Source of the DNA: an uncultured Acidimicrobiia bacterium
GTDB taxonomy: Bacteria; Actinomycetota; Acidimicrobiia; Spongiisociales; UBA11373
Direction of reading: 5' to 3'
DNA length: 64,000 nucleotides
NCBI GenBank assembly: GCA_964354255.1
Contig: CAYGYX010000002.1
Coordinates: forward strand, 8,697 to 72,696
Positions 48,724 to 57,973 of this stretch are shown piece by piece; the stretch's first letter is position 1; each line of letters starts with the position of its first letter. The notes under the pieces were generated by a model, which saw nothing but the letters and a program-made list of their open reading frames with translations, had not been told where the DNA came from and searched no databases. The translations under genes were made by a program, and so were the position numbers.

Positions 48724-49989
48724 GTGGTGACGTTCCGCGTTCCCCCGGGCCTGTTCCGCGCCGACACCAGAGTGCCCGGGGACAAGTCACTCTCGCACCG
48801 TGCTCTGATCCTGGCGGCCCTGGCGAAAGGGGTCAGCTACGTGCTGGGTGCGGGCCCCGGGGAGGATGTCGCCGCCACCCGCCGGGCGGTGGAGGGGCTG
48901 GGGATCGCCTTCGACGGGGACTTGGTCCGATCACCCGGGGCAGGCGCCTGGACGGAACCGGCTGGCCCCATCGATGCCGGCAACTCGGCGACCACGTTGC
49001 GCCTGCTCGCCGGTGCCCTGGCCGCTCAGCCGTTCCGTACCACCTTGGTGGGAGATGCCTCGCTGATGCGCCGCCCCATGAGCCGGCTGGTTGCTCCCCT
49101 CGCCGCCCTGGGGGCCTCAGTCGAGGTCGGCCCCGAGGGCCTCCCCCCGGTGACTGTCGGGGGAGCGGCCCTGCACGGCGCCGACATCCAGGTCCCGGTG
49201 GCTTCGGGCCAGGTGCGCAGCGCGGTCGCCCTGGCCGCGCTGCAGGCGGATTGCCCTACCACGATCACCTCCCCCCCCGGCTTTCGCGACCATACGGAAC
49301 GCTGGTTGGAGGCCAGGGGCCTCGGGCGTCGCCTCTCGGAGGTGGACTTCCTGGTCCTTCCCGGGCCTGTGCCGCCCGGCGTCTACGCGATACCCGGCGA
49401 CCTCTCCTCGGCCGCCCTCCTCCTGGCGGCCGCTGCCCTCCGGCCGGGGTCCGAGGTGACCGTGCGCAATGTCACCCTCAACCCGGGCCGCACCGGCTTC
49501 CTGGATCTCCTTGAGGCGATGGGCGCCCGGGTCTTGCGTCGCGCCACCGGCCTGGTGTACGGCGATCCGATCGGCGACATCACCGTGTTCGGAGAGGAGC
49601 TACGACCGGTCCACGTGAGCGGCACCCTGGCGGTCAGGGCGCTGGACGAACTGCCCCTGGTCGCGGTCCTCGGGGCGGCGGCGACCGGGGAGACGGTGGT
49701 GTCGGGGGCCGCCGAACTCCGTGTCAAGGAGAGCGATCGGGCCGCGGCCGCCGTTCGCCTGGTCCGGGGCCTGGGGGGGCAAGCCACCGAGCTCCCCGAC
49801 GGGTTCATCGTCACCGGGCGAGGCGGCCTGGCGGGGGGCGAGGTCGATGCCGCCGGCGACCACCGAGTGGCCATGGCTGCCGCGGTCGCCGGGGTGATCT
49901 CGCCCGGGGGAGTCACGGTACGAGGCTTCGAGGCCGCGGCCGTATCCTGGCCCGGCTTCGCCGACGCTCTGGAGGCGCTGTGGTCGTGA
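48724..49989 (+). CDS. aroA: 3-phosphoshikimate 1-carboxyvinyltransferase (EPSP synthase)
   Basis: LPGDKSLSHRALILAALA N-terminal signature and the RPMSRLVAPL motif, in 421 aa. Confidence 0.85.
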   Translation: MVTFRVPPGLFRADTRVPGDKSLSHRALILAALAKGVSYVLGAGPGEDVAATRRAVEGLGIAFDGDLVRSPGAGAWTEPAGPIDAGNSATTLRLLAGALAAQPFRTTLVGDASLMRRPMSRLVAPLAALGASVEVGPEGLPPVTVGGAALHGADIQVPVASGQVRSAVALAALQADCPTTITSPPGFRDHTERWLEARGLGRRLSEVDFLVLPGPVPPGVYAIPGDLSSAALLLAAAALRPGSEVTVRNVTLNPGRTGFLDLLEAMGARVLRRATGLVYGDPIGDITVFGEELRPVHVSGTLAVRALDELPLVAVLGAAATGETVVSGAAELRVKESDRAAAAVRLVRGLGGQATELPDGFIVTGRGGLAGGEVDAAGDHRVAMAAAVAGVISPGGVTVRGFEAAAVSWPGFADALEALWS

Positions 49990-50630
49990 CGGTGGATGGG
50001 CCCGCCGGCGTGGGCAAGAGCACTGTCGCCCGGGCGGTGGCGGCCGCGCTGGGTCTCCCCTACCTGGACACCGGCGCTTTCTACCGGGCGGCCACCCTGG
50101 CGGTGATCCGAGCTGGGGGCGAGGACGCCGATCCCGCCGCCGTGCTCGCCGTGGTGGAAGCCGCCGAGCTGGACTTCCGCGACGGGGAGATGCTGCTCGG
50201 CGGCGAAGTGGTCACCGACGCCATCCGGGCCCCGGCGGTGGCGGCGCTGGCCAGCGCCGTGTCCACCCTGCCCGCAGTCCGTCGCGTGGTGGTGGCCAGG
50301 CAACGCGCCTGGGTCGCCCGGCGGGGGGGACGGGCAGTCGTGGAAGGGCGGGACATCGGCACCGTGGTCTTCCCCGAGGCGGCCGTCAAGGTCTACCTGA
50401 CGGCCGACCTCGCCGAGCGAGCCGCCCGTCGGGCGCGGGACGCGGAGGCCGCCGGCCTGGCCCTGGAGGACATCGAGCGCCAACTGCGGGCACGCGACCA
50501 CACCGACTCGACCCGGGCGGCGTCTCCGCTGCACCCGGCCGAGGATGCGGTGATCATCGACACGACCGTGCTGTCGGTGGGCGAAGTCGTGGCCATCGTC
50601 CTGGGCCTGGTGGCCGAGGCGCGGGAGTAG
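49980..50630 (+). CDS. cmk: cytidylate kinase
   Basis: P-loop VDGPAGVGKST. The GTG start overlaps the aroA 3' end. Confidence 0.85.
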   Translation: MVVTVDGPAGVGKSTVARAVAAALGLPYLDTGAFYRAATLAVIRAGGEDADPAAVLAVVEAAELDFRDGEMLLGGEVVTDAIRAPAVAALASAVSTLPAVRRVVVARQRAWVARRGGRAVVEGRDIGTVVFPEAAVKVYLTADLAERAARRARDAEAAGLALEDIERQLRARDHTDSTRAASPLHPAEDAVIIDTTVLSVGEVVAIVLGLVAEARE

Positions 50631-50713
50631 GGGCGGCCGGCCACCTGCAGGCCCCTAGCACCGGTGCCCACCGGGATCACGGGCGGGCCCGGCCGTCCGG
50701 CTCTCGACGAGCG

Positions 50714-51772
50714 TCACCCCCCGCTCAGCAGGTCGAGGGCTTCCCCAGCGCCCCAGCACCGGTCGTCGTCGAGGGGCCCGGGCCTGCCCGGGCGGCAGGC
50801 ACCGTACCCTCCCTCCACTGCGGCCTGGAGAGCGAGCAGCATGGCCCGCAGCTGGGGTGGGGGAGGGAAGTACTCGTCCTCGGCGCCGACCGCCACGATC
50901 TCTACCCCGTCGCGAGGCGCCAGCTTCCGGATGACCTCCTGGACCGACCTGTCCGGCGCCGAGGCCCCGGCCGTCACGCCCACCAGCGCTGCTTCGCCGA
51001 TCCAGGCCGGGTCGATGGACTCCGGCCCGTCGATGCGATGCGCCCTGGCCCCGGAGGCGCGGGCCACCCGCACCAGCGCCCGGGTGTTCGAGGAATTGGC
51101 GCTGCCCACCACCAGGACCAGGTCGCCCCGGGCGGCCAGGACCTCCACCGCCGCCTGGCGATTGGTGGTGGCGTAGCAGAGGTCGCTCTTGCGGGCGGTC
51201 CACAAGCTGGCGAACCTACCCGACGCCTCGTCGAGCACATCCTCCCACTCGTGATGCCCCAGCGTCGTCTGGGCCACCAGCGCCACCCGGCTCGGATCGG
51301 CCGGGGTGAAGCCGCCCAGGCCGCCCTGCGGATCGACCAGGGTCACGGCCTCCGGCGCCTCCGCGATGGTGCCGACTGCCTCGTCGTGGCCTTCGTGCCC
51401 CACATAGAGGACCTGGTACCCCTCCGCGGCCATCCGCCGGACCTCATGGTGGACCTTGGTGACCAGAGGGCAGATTGCATCCACCACTACCGCGGTGCGC
51501 TCCCGAACGGCCGCGCCCACCGCCGGCGCAGATCCATGCGCCGAGAGCATGACCGGGCCACCGGCCGGCACCGCCCCGATGTCGTCCACGAAGACCACCC
51601 CGGCTGCCTCAAAGGCGGCGACCACCGGGGCGTTGTGCACGATCTGGTGGTAGCAGTAGACAGGGGGGCGGAACACCCGGGTCATCCAGGTGAGAGCCTT
51701 GATGGCCATCTCCACTCCGGCACAGAATCCGCGCGGCTCGGCCAGGAGCACCCGTTCCACCATGCCGGCCAT
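50714..51772 (-). CDS. ispH: 4-hydroxy-3-methylbut-2-enyl diphosphate reductase IspH/LytB
   Basis: PRGFCAGVEMA (Cys1), VVDAICPLVTKVH (Cys2) and the later SANSSNT motif, followed by a C-terminal extension. Confidence 0.85.
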   Translation of the reverse strand: MAGMVERVLLAEPRGFCAGVEMAIKALTWMTRVFRPPVYCYHQIVHNAPVVAAFEAAGVVFVDDIGAVPAGGPVMLSAHGSAPAVGAAVRERTAVVVDAICPLVTKVHHEVRRMAAEGYQVLYVGHEGHDEAVGTIAEAPEAVTLVDPQGGLGGFTPADPSRVALVAQTTLGHHEWEDVLDEASGRFASLWTARKSDLCYATTNRQAAVEVLAARGDLVLVVGSANSSNTRALVRVARASGARAHRIDGPESIDPAWIGEAALVGVTAGASAPDRSVQEVIRKLAPRDGVEIVAVGAEDEYFPPPPQLRAMLLALQAAVEGGYGACRPGRPGPLDDDRCWGAGEALDLLSGG

Positions 51773-51859
51773 GGTAGGGAGGGCCGCACGGGAAACACGC
51801 CCCTATCCTGGCCCCGTGCCTGTTTTCGCCTTTCGGCGCGCTGCTGCGGGGAGCCTGCC

Positions 51860-53185
51860 GTGACCCGGCTCCCGGTCGTGGCTGTGGTCGGCCGGCCCAA
51901 CGTGGGCAAGTCCACCCTGGTCAACCGGATCCTGGGGCGTCGCGCCGCCGTGGTCGAGGAGAAGCCGGGGGTGACCCGCGATCGCAAGGAGTTCGCCGCG
52001 GACTGGGCCGGCCGTCACTTCCTGCTGGTGGACACCGGCGGCTGGGTCGTCAAGGGCGACGACCTCGTCGCCGCGATCCGCCATCAGGCCGAAGCGGCCG
52101 TGAGCGGCGCCGACGTGGTCGTGTTCGTGGCCGACGCCACCACCCCGCACACCGAAGACGACCTGGCCGTGGCCCGCCTCGTCCAGGCCTCCCGGCTGCC
52201 GGTCGTCCTGGCGGCCAACAAGGCCGACGGCCCCGGCGTCGATCTCGAGGTCGGCCACCTGTGGGCCCTGGGCTTGGGGGAGCCGCGACCGATCAGCGCG
52301 CTGCACGGGCGGGGCACGGGCGACCTCCTGGATGAGATCGTGGCTCTCCTCCCCCCCGGTGACGAGCGGCCTGCCCGGGACCGCGTGCCCACACTGGCGA
52401 TACTCGGACGCCCCAATGTGGGCAAATCCACCCTCCTCAACCGACTGCTCGGGGGGGAGCGCGTCCTGGTGTCCCCCCAGCCCGGGACGACTCGCGATGC
52501 CATAGACGTGGTGGTCGACCTCGGGGGAGAAGCCTTCCGGGTCTGGGACACGGCCGGGATCCGCCGGGCTTCCCGGGTGGGGGAAGCCACCGAGTACTTC
52601 TCGGTCCTGCGGGCCCGGGAAGCCCTTGCCCAGGCCGATGTGGCCCTGCTGGTGACCGACGCCACCGCCGGCATCACCCACCAGGATCAGCGCCTTGCCG
52701 AGGAGATCGAAGAAGCGGGAGTGGGTCTCATCGTGCTCCTCAACAAGTGGGATGCCGCCGACCCGGAGGCCAAGGAGGTGGCCGAAGACGGAGCCGACGA
52801 CCGGCTCGGCTTTGTCGACTGGGCCCCGGTCCTGCGCATCTCGGCCCTGCGCGGGGCCCGGCTCCACCGGCTGCCCGGCACGGTCCGCTCCGTGCTCGCG
52901 GCCCGGCGCAAGCGCCTGCCGACACCCGAACTGAACCGGCGCCTGCGCTCCTGGCAGGAGGCACACCCCGCCCCGGCCCGCCGCGGCCGGCGGGCCCGCA
53001 TCATGTACGCGGTGCAGGCCGGGATAGAGCCGCCCACCTTCGTCCTCTTCGGGCGCGGCGAGCTCGGTCCCGATTACCTGCGCTTCCTCGAGCACCGCCT
53101 GCGCGCCGAATACGAGTTCACCGGCACCCCGCTGCGGCTCGTCGCCCGTCCCGGTCGAAGAGGGGAGGAGGAAGGGAACCGCTGA
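51860..53185 (+). CDS. der: ribosome-biogenesis GTPase Der (EngA), tandem G domains + KH-like domain
   Basis: G1 boxes GRPNVGKSTLVNR and GRPNVGKSTLLNR, with DTGG/DTAG and NKAD/NKWD motifs. The GTG start at 51860 (VTRLPVVAVVG) was chosen. The track ORF start at 51038 is antisense to ispH and was rejected. Confidence 0.85.
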   Translation: MTRLPVVAVVGRPNVGKSTLVNRILGRRAAVVEEKPGVTRDRKEFAADWAGRHFLLVDTGGWVVKGDDLVAAIRHQAEAAVSGADVVVFVADATTPHTEDDLAVARLVQASRLPVVLAANKADGPGVDLEVGHLWALGLGEPRPISALHGRGTGDLLDEIVALLPPGDERPARDRVPTLAILGRPNVGKSTLLNRLLGGERVLVSPQPGTTRDAIDVVVDLGGEAFRVWDTAGIRRASRVGEATEYFSVLRAREALAQADVALLVTDATAGITHQDQRLAEEIEEAGVGLIVLLNKWDAADPEAKEVAEDGADDRLGFVDWAPVLRISALRGARLHRLPGTVRSVLAARRKRLPTPELNRRLRSWQEAHPAPARRGRRARIMYAVQAGIEPPTFVLFGRGELGPDYLRFLEHRLRAEYEFTGTPLRLVARPGRRGEEEGNR

Positions 53186-53223
53186 GCCGGTCGGCGCCAC
53201 CGGGGGGTACACTGCGGCGGTCC

Positions 53224-53298
53224 CGGGCTGTGGCGCAGCTTGGTTAGCGCGCTTGACTGGGGGTCAAGAGGTCGCCGGTTCGAATCCGGCCAGCCCGA
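53224..53298 (+). tRNA. tRNA-Pro (anticodon GGG)
   Basis: Manual cloverleaf: acceptor CGGGCUG/CAGCCCG, D-stem GCGC/GCGC, anticodon stem CUUGA/UCAAG, loop CUGGGGG (U33, G34-G36 = GGG, G37), T-arm GCCGG-UUCGAAU-CCGGC and discriminator A. 75 nt with no encoded CCA. Confidence 0.8.
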
Positions 53299-53353
53299 CG
53301 GAGCTCCGCCTCCTGCCGGGCTTCGTCGGCGTTCCGGCGAGGAAGGTTGAGGA

Positions 53354-54004
53354 ATGAGCGAGCAGAAGATCGAGTTCACCCGCAACTACCACGACCAGAG
53401 CACCAACGAGGGATTCCAGTTCGAGTTCGTGTGCGACCGCTGCGGGACCGGCTTCCGCACTCCCTTCGACGACTTCGTGGTGGCCCGCGTCACGGGCGGC
53501 TTGCAGACCGCCTCGCACATGCTCGGCGGGCTGCTCGGGCGGGCCGCCCAGGTGGGAGAGCACGTCCGCTCCGCCGCTTGGGAGAAGGCGCACGACAAAG
53601 CCTTCCGCGAGGCCGCCGAGAAGCTGAAGCCCGACTTCCGGCAATGCCCGCGTTGCTCGAGGTGGGTGTGCCGCCGCCAGTGCTGGAACGACGGGAAGGG
53701 CCTGTGCAAGAACTGCGCGCCGGACCTGGGCGTGGAGATGGCCGCCGCTCAATCCTCCCGGACCGTGGAAGAGATCTGGGCGCACTCGAAGATGGCCGAG
53801 GAGGACAGGGAGATGCTGAAGGAGGAATCCTGGCGCGAGGGTGCCACCGCCTCCTGTCCCGGGTGCGAAGCCCCCTTGCCCGCCAAGACCAAGTTCTGCC
53901 CGGAGTGCGGTACCGCCATCGGCCGGGCGGCCAACTGCGCCAAGTGCGGCGCCAAGCTCGAAGCCGGGGCCAAGTTCTGCGGCGAGTGCGGGGCGAAGGC
54001 CTAG
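53354..54004 (+). CDS. hypothetical multi-zinc-ribbon protein (four or five CxxC pairs)
   Basis: CDRCGTG, CPRCSRWVCRRQCWNDGKGLCKNC, CPGCEAPLPAKTKFCPECG and CAKCGAKLEAGAKFCGECG. It sits 56 nt downstream of the tRNA-Pro. The overlapping frame of track ORF 53347..55707 was rejected for this segment. Confidence 0.55.
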   Translation: MSEQKIEFTRNYHDQSTNEGFQFEFVCDRCGTGFRTPFDDFVVARVTGGLQTASHMLGGLLGRAAQVGEHVRSAAWEKAHDKAFREAAEKLKPDFRQCPRCSRWVCRRQCWNDGKGLCKNCAPDLGVEMAAAQSSRTVEEIWAHSKMAEEDREMLKEESWREGATASCPGCEAPLPAKTKFCPECGTAIGRAANCAKCGAKLEAGAKFCGECGAKA

Positions 54005-54042
54005 GGGGCCACCTGCTCCGCCTCCCTCATGCCAACCTGGTC

Positions 54043-55707
54043 GTGGTCGCCGGGCCGCGGCTGGAGCCCGGGTGGCCGGCCCTGGTGGGGAAGGGCCGGC
54101 GGGGGACCGCCCGCCTCTTCACCAATTGCCACGCCCCGGCGGTCGAGCCTGCCGCCGCGGTCGGCATGCTGCTGGCGGGCGACCTCCCGTCGCCCGCCGA
54201 GCCGGTCGAGGAGCTGTGGCGGTTCGCCCCCCCGCACCTGGGCCACTTCCTGGCCGGATCCCACTACCGCCTGGCTCTGCTGCTGGCGGCCCCCGCGATC
54301 GCCCAGGAGGTCAGGAGCAGCACCTTCGCCACCGGTTTTGACGACGTGCGGCTGGTGGAGCCGGGCGGTCACGGCGGTGCTGCCCTCGGGGCCGCGGCCG
54401 CTCATCTGGCCGAGTGCGCGAGGCAGGCCGACCGTCCCTGGTACCTGTTCGCTTACCTCCCGGGGGAGGATGGCCTCTTGGAGGCCATCGCCGCCCTGAT
54501 GGCCACAACCTCGTTCCGCAACACCATGCTCGTGGTGTACGACACCGGCCTGGGCGGCACCGGCCCCACGCGCCGCACCCCGCTGTGGCTGGAGCGCCCC
54601 GGCCGGCCCGGACCCATCAACCCGGGGTCGGTGGTGTACCCCCACCTGGTCTCTCCGGTTGACCTGCCGCTCACCCTGCTAGGGGAGACAACCCCCGCCT
54701 CGCCGATCGCCCGCGATCTGTGGACCCGCGCCGGCGGCCTCCGGGGCGACCTCCTCGCCGCCACACTCGGGGTCGGCGGGCAGGTGGACGACGAGGTCGC
54801 GGCAGCCTGCCTGCTGCGCCTAGCCGCCACGCGGGGGGCCCCCGCCCCGGGCCGGTTCGAGCCGGTCTCCTTCGTGGTCGCGGTGGACGACCCGGCCGAG
54901 CTGCACAACAACCTGCTGCGGTGCCCTCTCGCCCGGCACAGCGAGCATCAGTGGCTGTTGATCGACAACACCCAAGCGGCGTACCCGAGCATCTCCCGCC
55001 TCTACGACGACGCCTACGGGCGCGCCGTCAACGACCTCGTGCTCTTCTGTCACCAGGACCTCCTACTTCCCGAGGGCTGGGAAGCTCTCTTCTTCTCCGC
55101 CCTGGCCGACCTGGAACGGGCCGACCCGGCCTGGGGGGTCATCGGTTCAGTGGGGGTGGTGCCCCACCCGCCCACAGCCAGTCAGGAGCCCCTGCGCCGG
55201 GCGTCCCGGTTGCGCGGGCACTGGGCAGACCCGAGAGGCCATCACTACGCGGGGCCCCTGCCCCACGCCGTGGACTGCCTGGATGAGATGTGGCTCGGCC
55301 TGCGCAAGAGGAGCGGGGTTCGCTTCGATCGGGACCTGCCCGGCTTCCACTGCTATGGCATCGACCTCTCGCTGACGGCCCGTCGCACAGGGCGCCGGTC
55401 CTATGCGCTCGACTCCTTCGTCTGGCATAAGCATCGCGACGCGCAAGGCCGAGTGATCACCCGGCCCCAGGAGTCAACCCGCATCCGCCAGCGCTCCGGC
55501 GAGCAGTTCCGCCAGCGCTATGCCCAGTCATATGATTACGTCGCCGGCAAGTGGGGACAGATGCGGCCCTTCGCCTCGACCTCGGCGGATTGGCCCGCCT
55601 GCCCTCCTGGGCCGGGCCTCCCGGCCCCAGACGGGCCGCGGAAGGCAAGAGGGTCAGCAGCGGAGGGGTCGGCTCATCCGACGCCGCCGCCGGGCAGAAT
55701 GCGCTAA
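54043..55707 (+). CDS. hypothetical 554-aa protein with a C-terminal glycosyltransferase family 2-like (GT-A fold) region, possibly two degenerate GT-A halves
   Basis: This is the second part of track ORF 53347..55707, beginning after the Zn-ribbon gene stop. GTG 54043 (VVAGPRLEPG) was chosen as the start. The C-terminal SFVVAVDDPAELHNNLLRCP..WLLIDNTQ..LVLFCHQDLLLPEGW..FHCYGIDLS resembles GT2 motif order, with DxD replaced by HQD. There is no signal peptide or TM segment. Confidence 0.4.
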   Translation: MVAGPRLEPGWPALVGKGRRGTARLFTNCHAPAVEPAAAVGMLLAGDLPSPAEPVEELWRFAPPHLGHFLAGSHYRLALLLAAPAIAQEVRSSTFATGFDDVRLVEPGGHGGAALGAAAAHLAECARQADRPWYLFAYLPGEDGLLEAIAALMATTSFRNTMLVVYDTGLGGTGPTRRTPLWLERPGRPGPINPGSVVYPHLVSPVDLPLTLLGETTPASPIARDLWTRAGGLRGDLLAATLGVGGQVDDEVAAACLLRLAATRGAPAPGRFEPVSFVVAVDDPAELHNNLLRCPLARHSEHQWLLIDNTQAAYPSISRLYDDAYGRAVNDLVLFCHQDLLLPEGWEALFFSALADLERADPAWGVIGSVGVVPHPPTASQEPLRRASRLRGHWADPRGHHYAGPLPHAVDCLDEMWLGLRKRSGVRFDRDLPGFHCYGIDLSLTARRTGRRSYALDSFVWHKHRDAQGRVITRPQESTRIRQRSGEQFRQRYAQSYDYVAGKWGQMRPFASTSADWPACPPGPGLPAPDGPRKARGSAAEGSAHPTPPPGRMR

Positions 55708-55726
55708 GCACAACGGAAGGAAGTCA

Positions 55727-56896
55727 ATGACGGCCTATGGAGTGGTGGGAGCCGGACGCCAGGGCACCGCGGCGGCGTACGACCTGGCCCGGCACGGCGG
55801 CGCTACCCGCCTCGTGGTGGCCGATCAGGATGGGGCGGTGGCCCGGCGGGCCGCCGACCGCGTGAACCGCCTCCTCGGCGCGGAAGTGACCGAGGCCGCC
55901 GAGTTCGACGTGGCCGACCGCCGCGCCCTGGCCAAGTTCCTCTCGCCGCTGGACGTCTACATCTGCGCCGTGCCGTATGCCTTCTTGCTGCCCTGCACCC
56001 GGGCGGCCATCGCCTCCGGTACCGGCATGGTCGACTTGGGAGGGCACACGGACACCGTCGTGGCACAACTGGCGTTGCACCCCGAGGCCCGCCAGGCGGG
56101 CGTGGCCATCGTGCCCGACTGCGGCATGGGACCGGGCATGAACAACACCCTCGGGCTCTACGCCATGGAGCTCATGCAAGCCCGGGGTGCCACCCCCCGC
56201 CACATCCGCTTGTGGGACGGGGGCCTGCCCCAGGATCGCTCCCAGCCCTGGGGCTACCGCCTCTGCTTCAACCTCGAGGGCCTCACCAACGAGTACGACG
56301 GCGAGGCGGTGATGCTGCGGGAAGGGCGCATAGTCCACGTCGAGACGCTGAGCGAGTTGGAGCCCGTCGACTTCGACGAGTTGGGCACTCTCGAGGCCTT
56401 CGTGACCTCCGGCGGGACCTCCACCGTCCCCTTCGCCTTCCAGGGAGTCCTGGAGACCTACGACAACAAGACGGTCCGCTACCCGGGCCACCTGGAGGCT
56501 TTCAAGGCCTTCAAGGACCTGGGTCTCTTCGGGCGGGACCCGGTGCGGGTGGGCAAAGCCGAGGTCCGCCCGCGGGACTTCTACCACGCCCTCCTAGGCC
56601 CCATCATCGAGTCGGAAGGCCTGGTGGACGTGTGCGTGCTCCGGGCCCAGGCCGAGGGCGAGATGAACGGGGAGCGCGCCACAGTCACCGTCGACATGGT
56701 CGACCGGCACGACCCGGCCACCGGGTTCGCCGCCATGGAGCGCCTGACCGGATGGCACGCCTCGATCATGGCCGCCCTCATCGCCGCCGGCGAAGTGCCC
56801 GCCGGGGTGCATTCGCTGGAGAAGGCCGTGCCGGCAACCCGGTTCATGCAGGAGGTCCGCCGGCGCGGGCTTTCGTTCAGCGAGCGCTGGGGTTAG
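55727..56896 (+). CDS. saccharopine-dehydrogenase-family NAD(P)-dependent oxidoreductase
   Basis: Rossmann motif VVGAGRQGTAAAYDLA and Sacchrp_dh N- and C-domain architecture. An RBS (GGAAGG) precedes the ATG at 55727. The track ORF start at 55520 was rejected. Confidence 0.65.
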   Translation: MTAYGVVGAGRQGTAAAYDLARHGGATRLVVADQDGAVARRAADRVNRLLGAEVTEAAEFDVADRRALAKFLSPLDVYICAVPYAFLLPCTRAAIASGTGMVDLGGHTDTVVAQLALHPEARQAGVAIVPDCGMGPGMNNTLGLYAMELMQARGATPRHIRLWDGGLPQDRSQPWGYRLCFNLEGLTNEYDGEAVMLREGRIVHVETLSELEPVDFDELGTLEAFVTSGGTSTVPFAFQGVLETYDNKTVRYPGHLEAFKAFKDLGLFGRDPVRVGKAEVRPRDFYHALLGPIIESEGLVDVCVLRAQAEGEMNGERATVTVDMVDRHDPATGFAAMERLTGWHASIMAALIAAGEVPAGVHSLEKAVPATRFMQEVRRRGLSFSERWG

Positions 56897-57565
56897 CGCA
56901 CCGGCGTCGGAACGGGTCGTGCCCGTTCCCGACCGCCTGCCGTCAGCGGGACGACCGGGCGGCCGCCGGCATGCCCGGGCCGAGAGGAGCCGGATACGAT
57001 CCGGCCGAGCTTCCCGGGAAGGCCCTCCGGCTCCGCCAGCAGAGGCCCGCTCAGCCCGTGTTCCCACGCTCCCCAACCCAGCCCCCGTCCGCCCTCCTCA
57101 TCCCCTGGCAACCCGAGCAGGTTGGGAACGTCCTCCGCGCTCCCGGCGACGGAGGCCATGACCCGCAGTCTGAAGGCCACCCCGAAGCCGAGGCCGTCCC
57201 CGTGGAGCCCGAGAACCTCCAACGTGTCCGGCCCCCCCGAATGCAGCCTCCAGCCAGAACGCGATGTTGGTGGTCCCGGGCGGGTCGAAACCGGCGGTCT
57301 CCTCGTCTTGGTCGGCGCCAGCCGGAGGGGCCCAAGTCGCCAACCCGGCTACCACCATCGCCGCCAACGCGCCGCGGCGCTGCTCTGGTGTCGTCGCCGA
57401 CCTACTGCTGCGACCCATCATGCGAGTCACCGGCCCGAAGGGCCCCCGGAACTCGAAACCCCCTCCGGCGGCGGAGGAGCCCGGCCCGCCTCCCGGCCCC
57501 GGCGGCAACCGCCCGACTACCCTCCACCCGGTGCCGGTGCCCGCCGGGCAAGAGGAGGCCCGCCC

Positions 57566-57973
57566 ATGCGCCTGACGGTAGCCATGCTCGCCGACTCCGC
57601 CCAGGTGGCCGGTGGGAAGCTGTACGTGCTCGGAGGTGCCTTCGACACGATCAACGCCCGAGCCTTCCCTGCGCTGGTGCGCGGCCTCTCGGTAGTCCTG
57701 GTGGCCGAGGTCGAGCCCGCCGACCGCAATCGCGACCTGCCCATCGCCATCCGCCTCCTCGATGAGGACGGCGCGGCAGTTGGGGTGGAGTCGAAGGGCA
57801 TGATGCGGGTGGGGTCACCGTCCTCGCTCCCGGCCGGAGCCTCGAGCCTGGTCCCGCTCGTCGGTTCCTTCCTCGGGGTCCGCTTCCCCAAGGCGGGCGG
57901 CTACCTCTTCGTCATCGAGCACGAAGGCAAGGAACTGGGCCGCATCTCCTTCCGGGTGCGGGAGGCCAGGTGA
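57566..57973 (+). CDS. hypothetical 135-aa protein, translationally coupled to pgsA
   Basis: MRLTVAMLADSAQVAGGKLYVLGG.., preceded by a strong SD (AGAGGAGG). Its stop overlaps the pgsA GTG (GTGA). The upstream in-frame portion of track ORF 57122..57973 is junk-like and was rejected. Confidence 0.5.
   Translation: MRLTVAMLADSAQVAGGKLYVLGGAFDTINARAFPALVRGLSVVLVAEVEPADRNRDLPIAIRLLDEDGAAVGVESKGMMRVGSPSSLPAGASSLVPLVGSFLGVRFPKAGGYLFVIEHEGKELGRISFRVREAR

Noticed and set aside
51803-53212. Minus-strand 469-aa ORF and plus-strand 51038..51859 extension of der.
   Set aside because: They are antisense to der or to ispH respectively. The Der G-domain starts at GTG 51860.
53347-54042. The first 230 codons of the 786-aa ORF 53347..55707.
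   Set aside because: This is the alternative frame of the Zn-ribbon gene (53354..54004). The real downstream protein begins after that gene's stop, around 54043.
56212-57765. Plus-strand 517-aa ORF and minus-strand ORFs 56594..57076, 56893..57222, 57051..57335 and 57098..57508.
   Set aside because: Arg/Gly/Pro-rich. They overlap the SDH-like gene in alternative frames or fall in the non-coding gap. 57098..57508(-) has a signal-peptide-like start but no sustained protein-like sequence (see finding).
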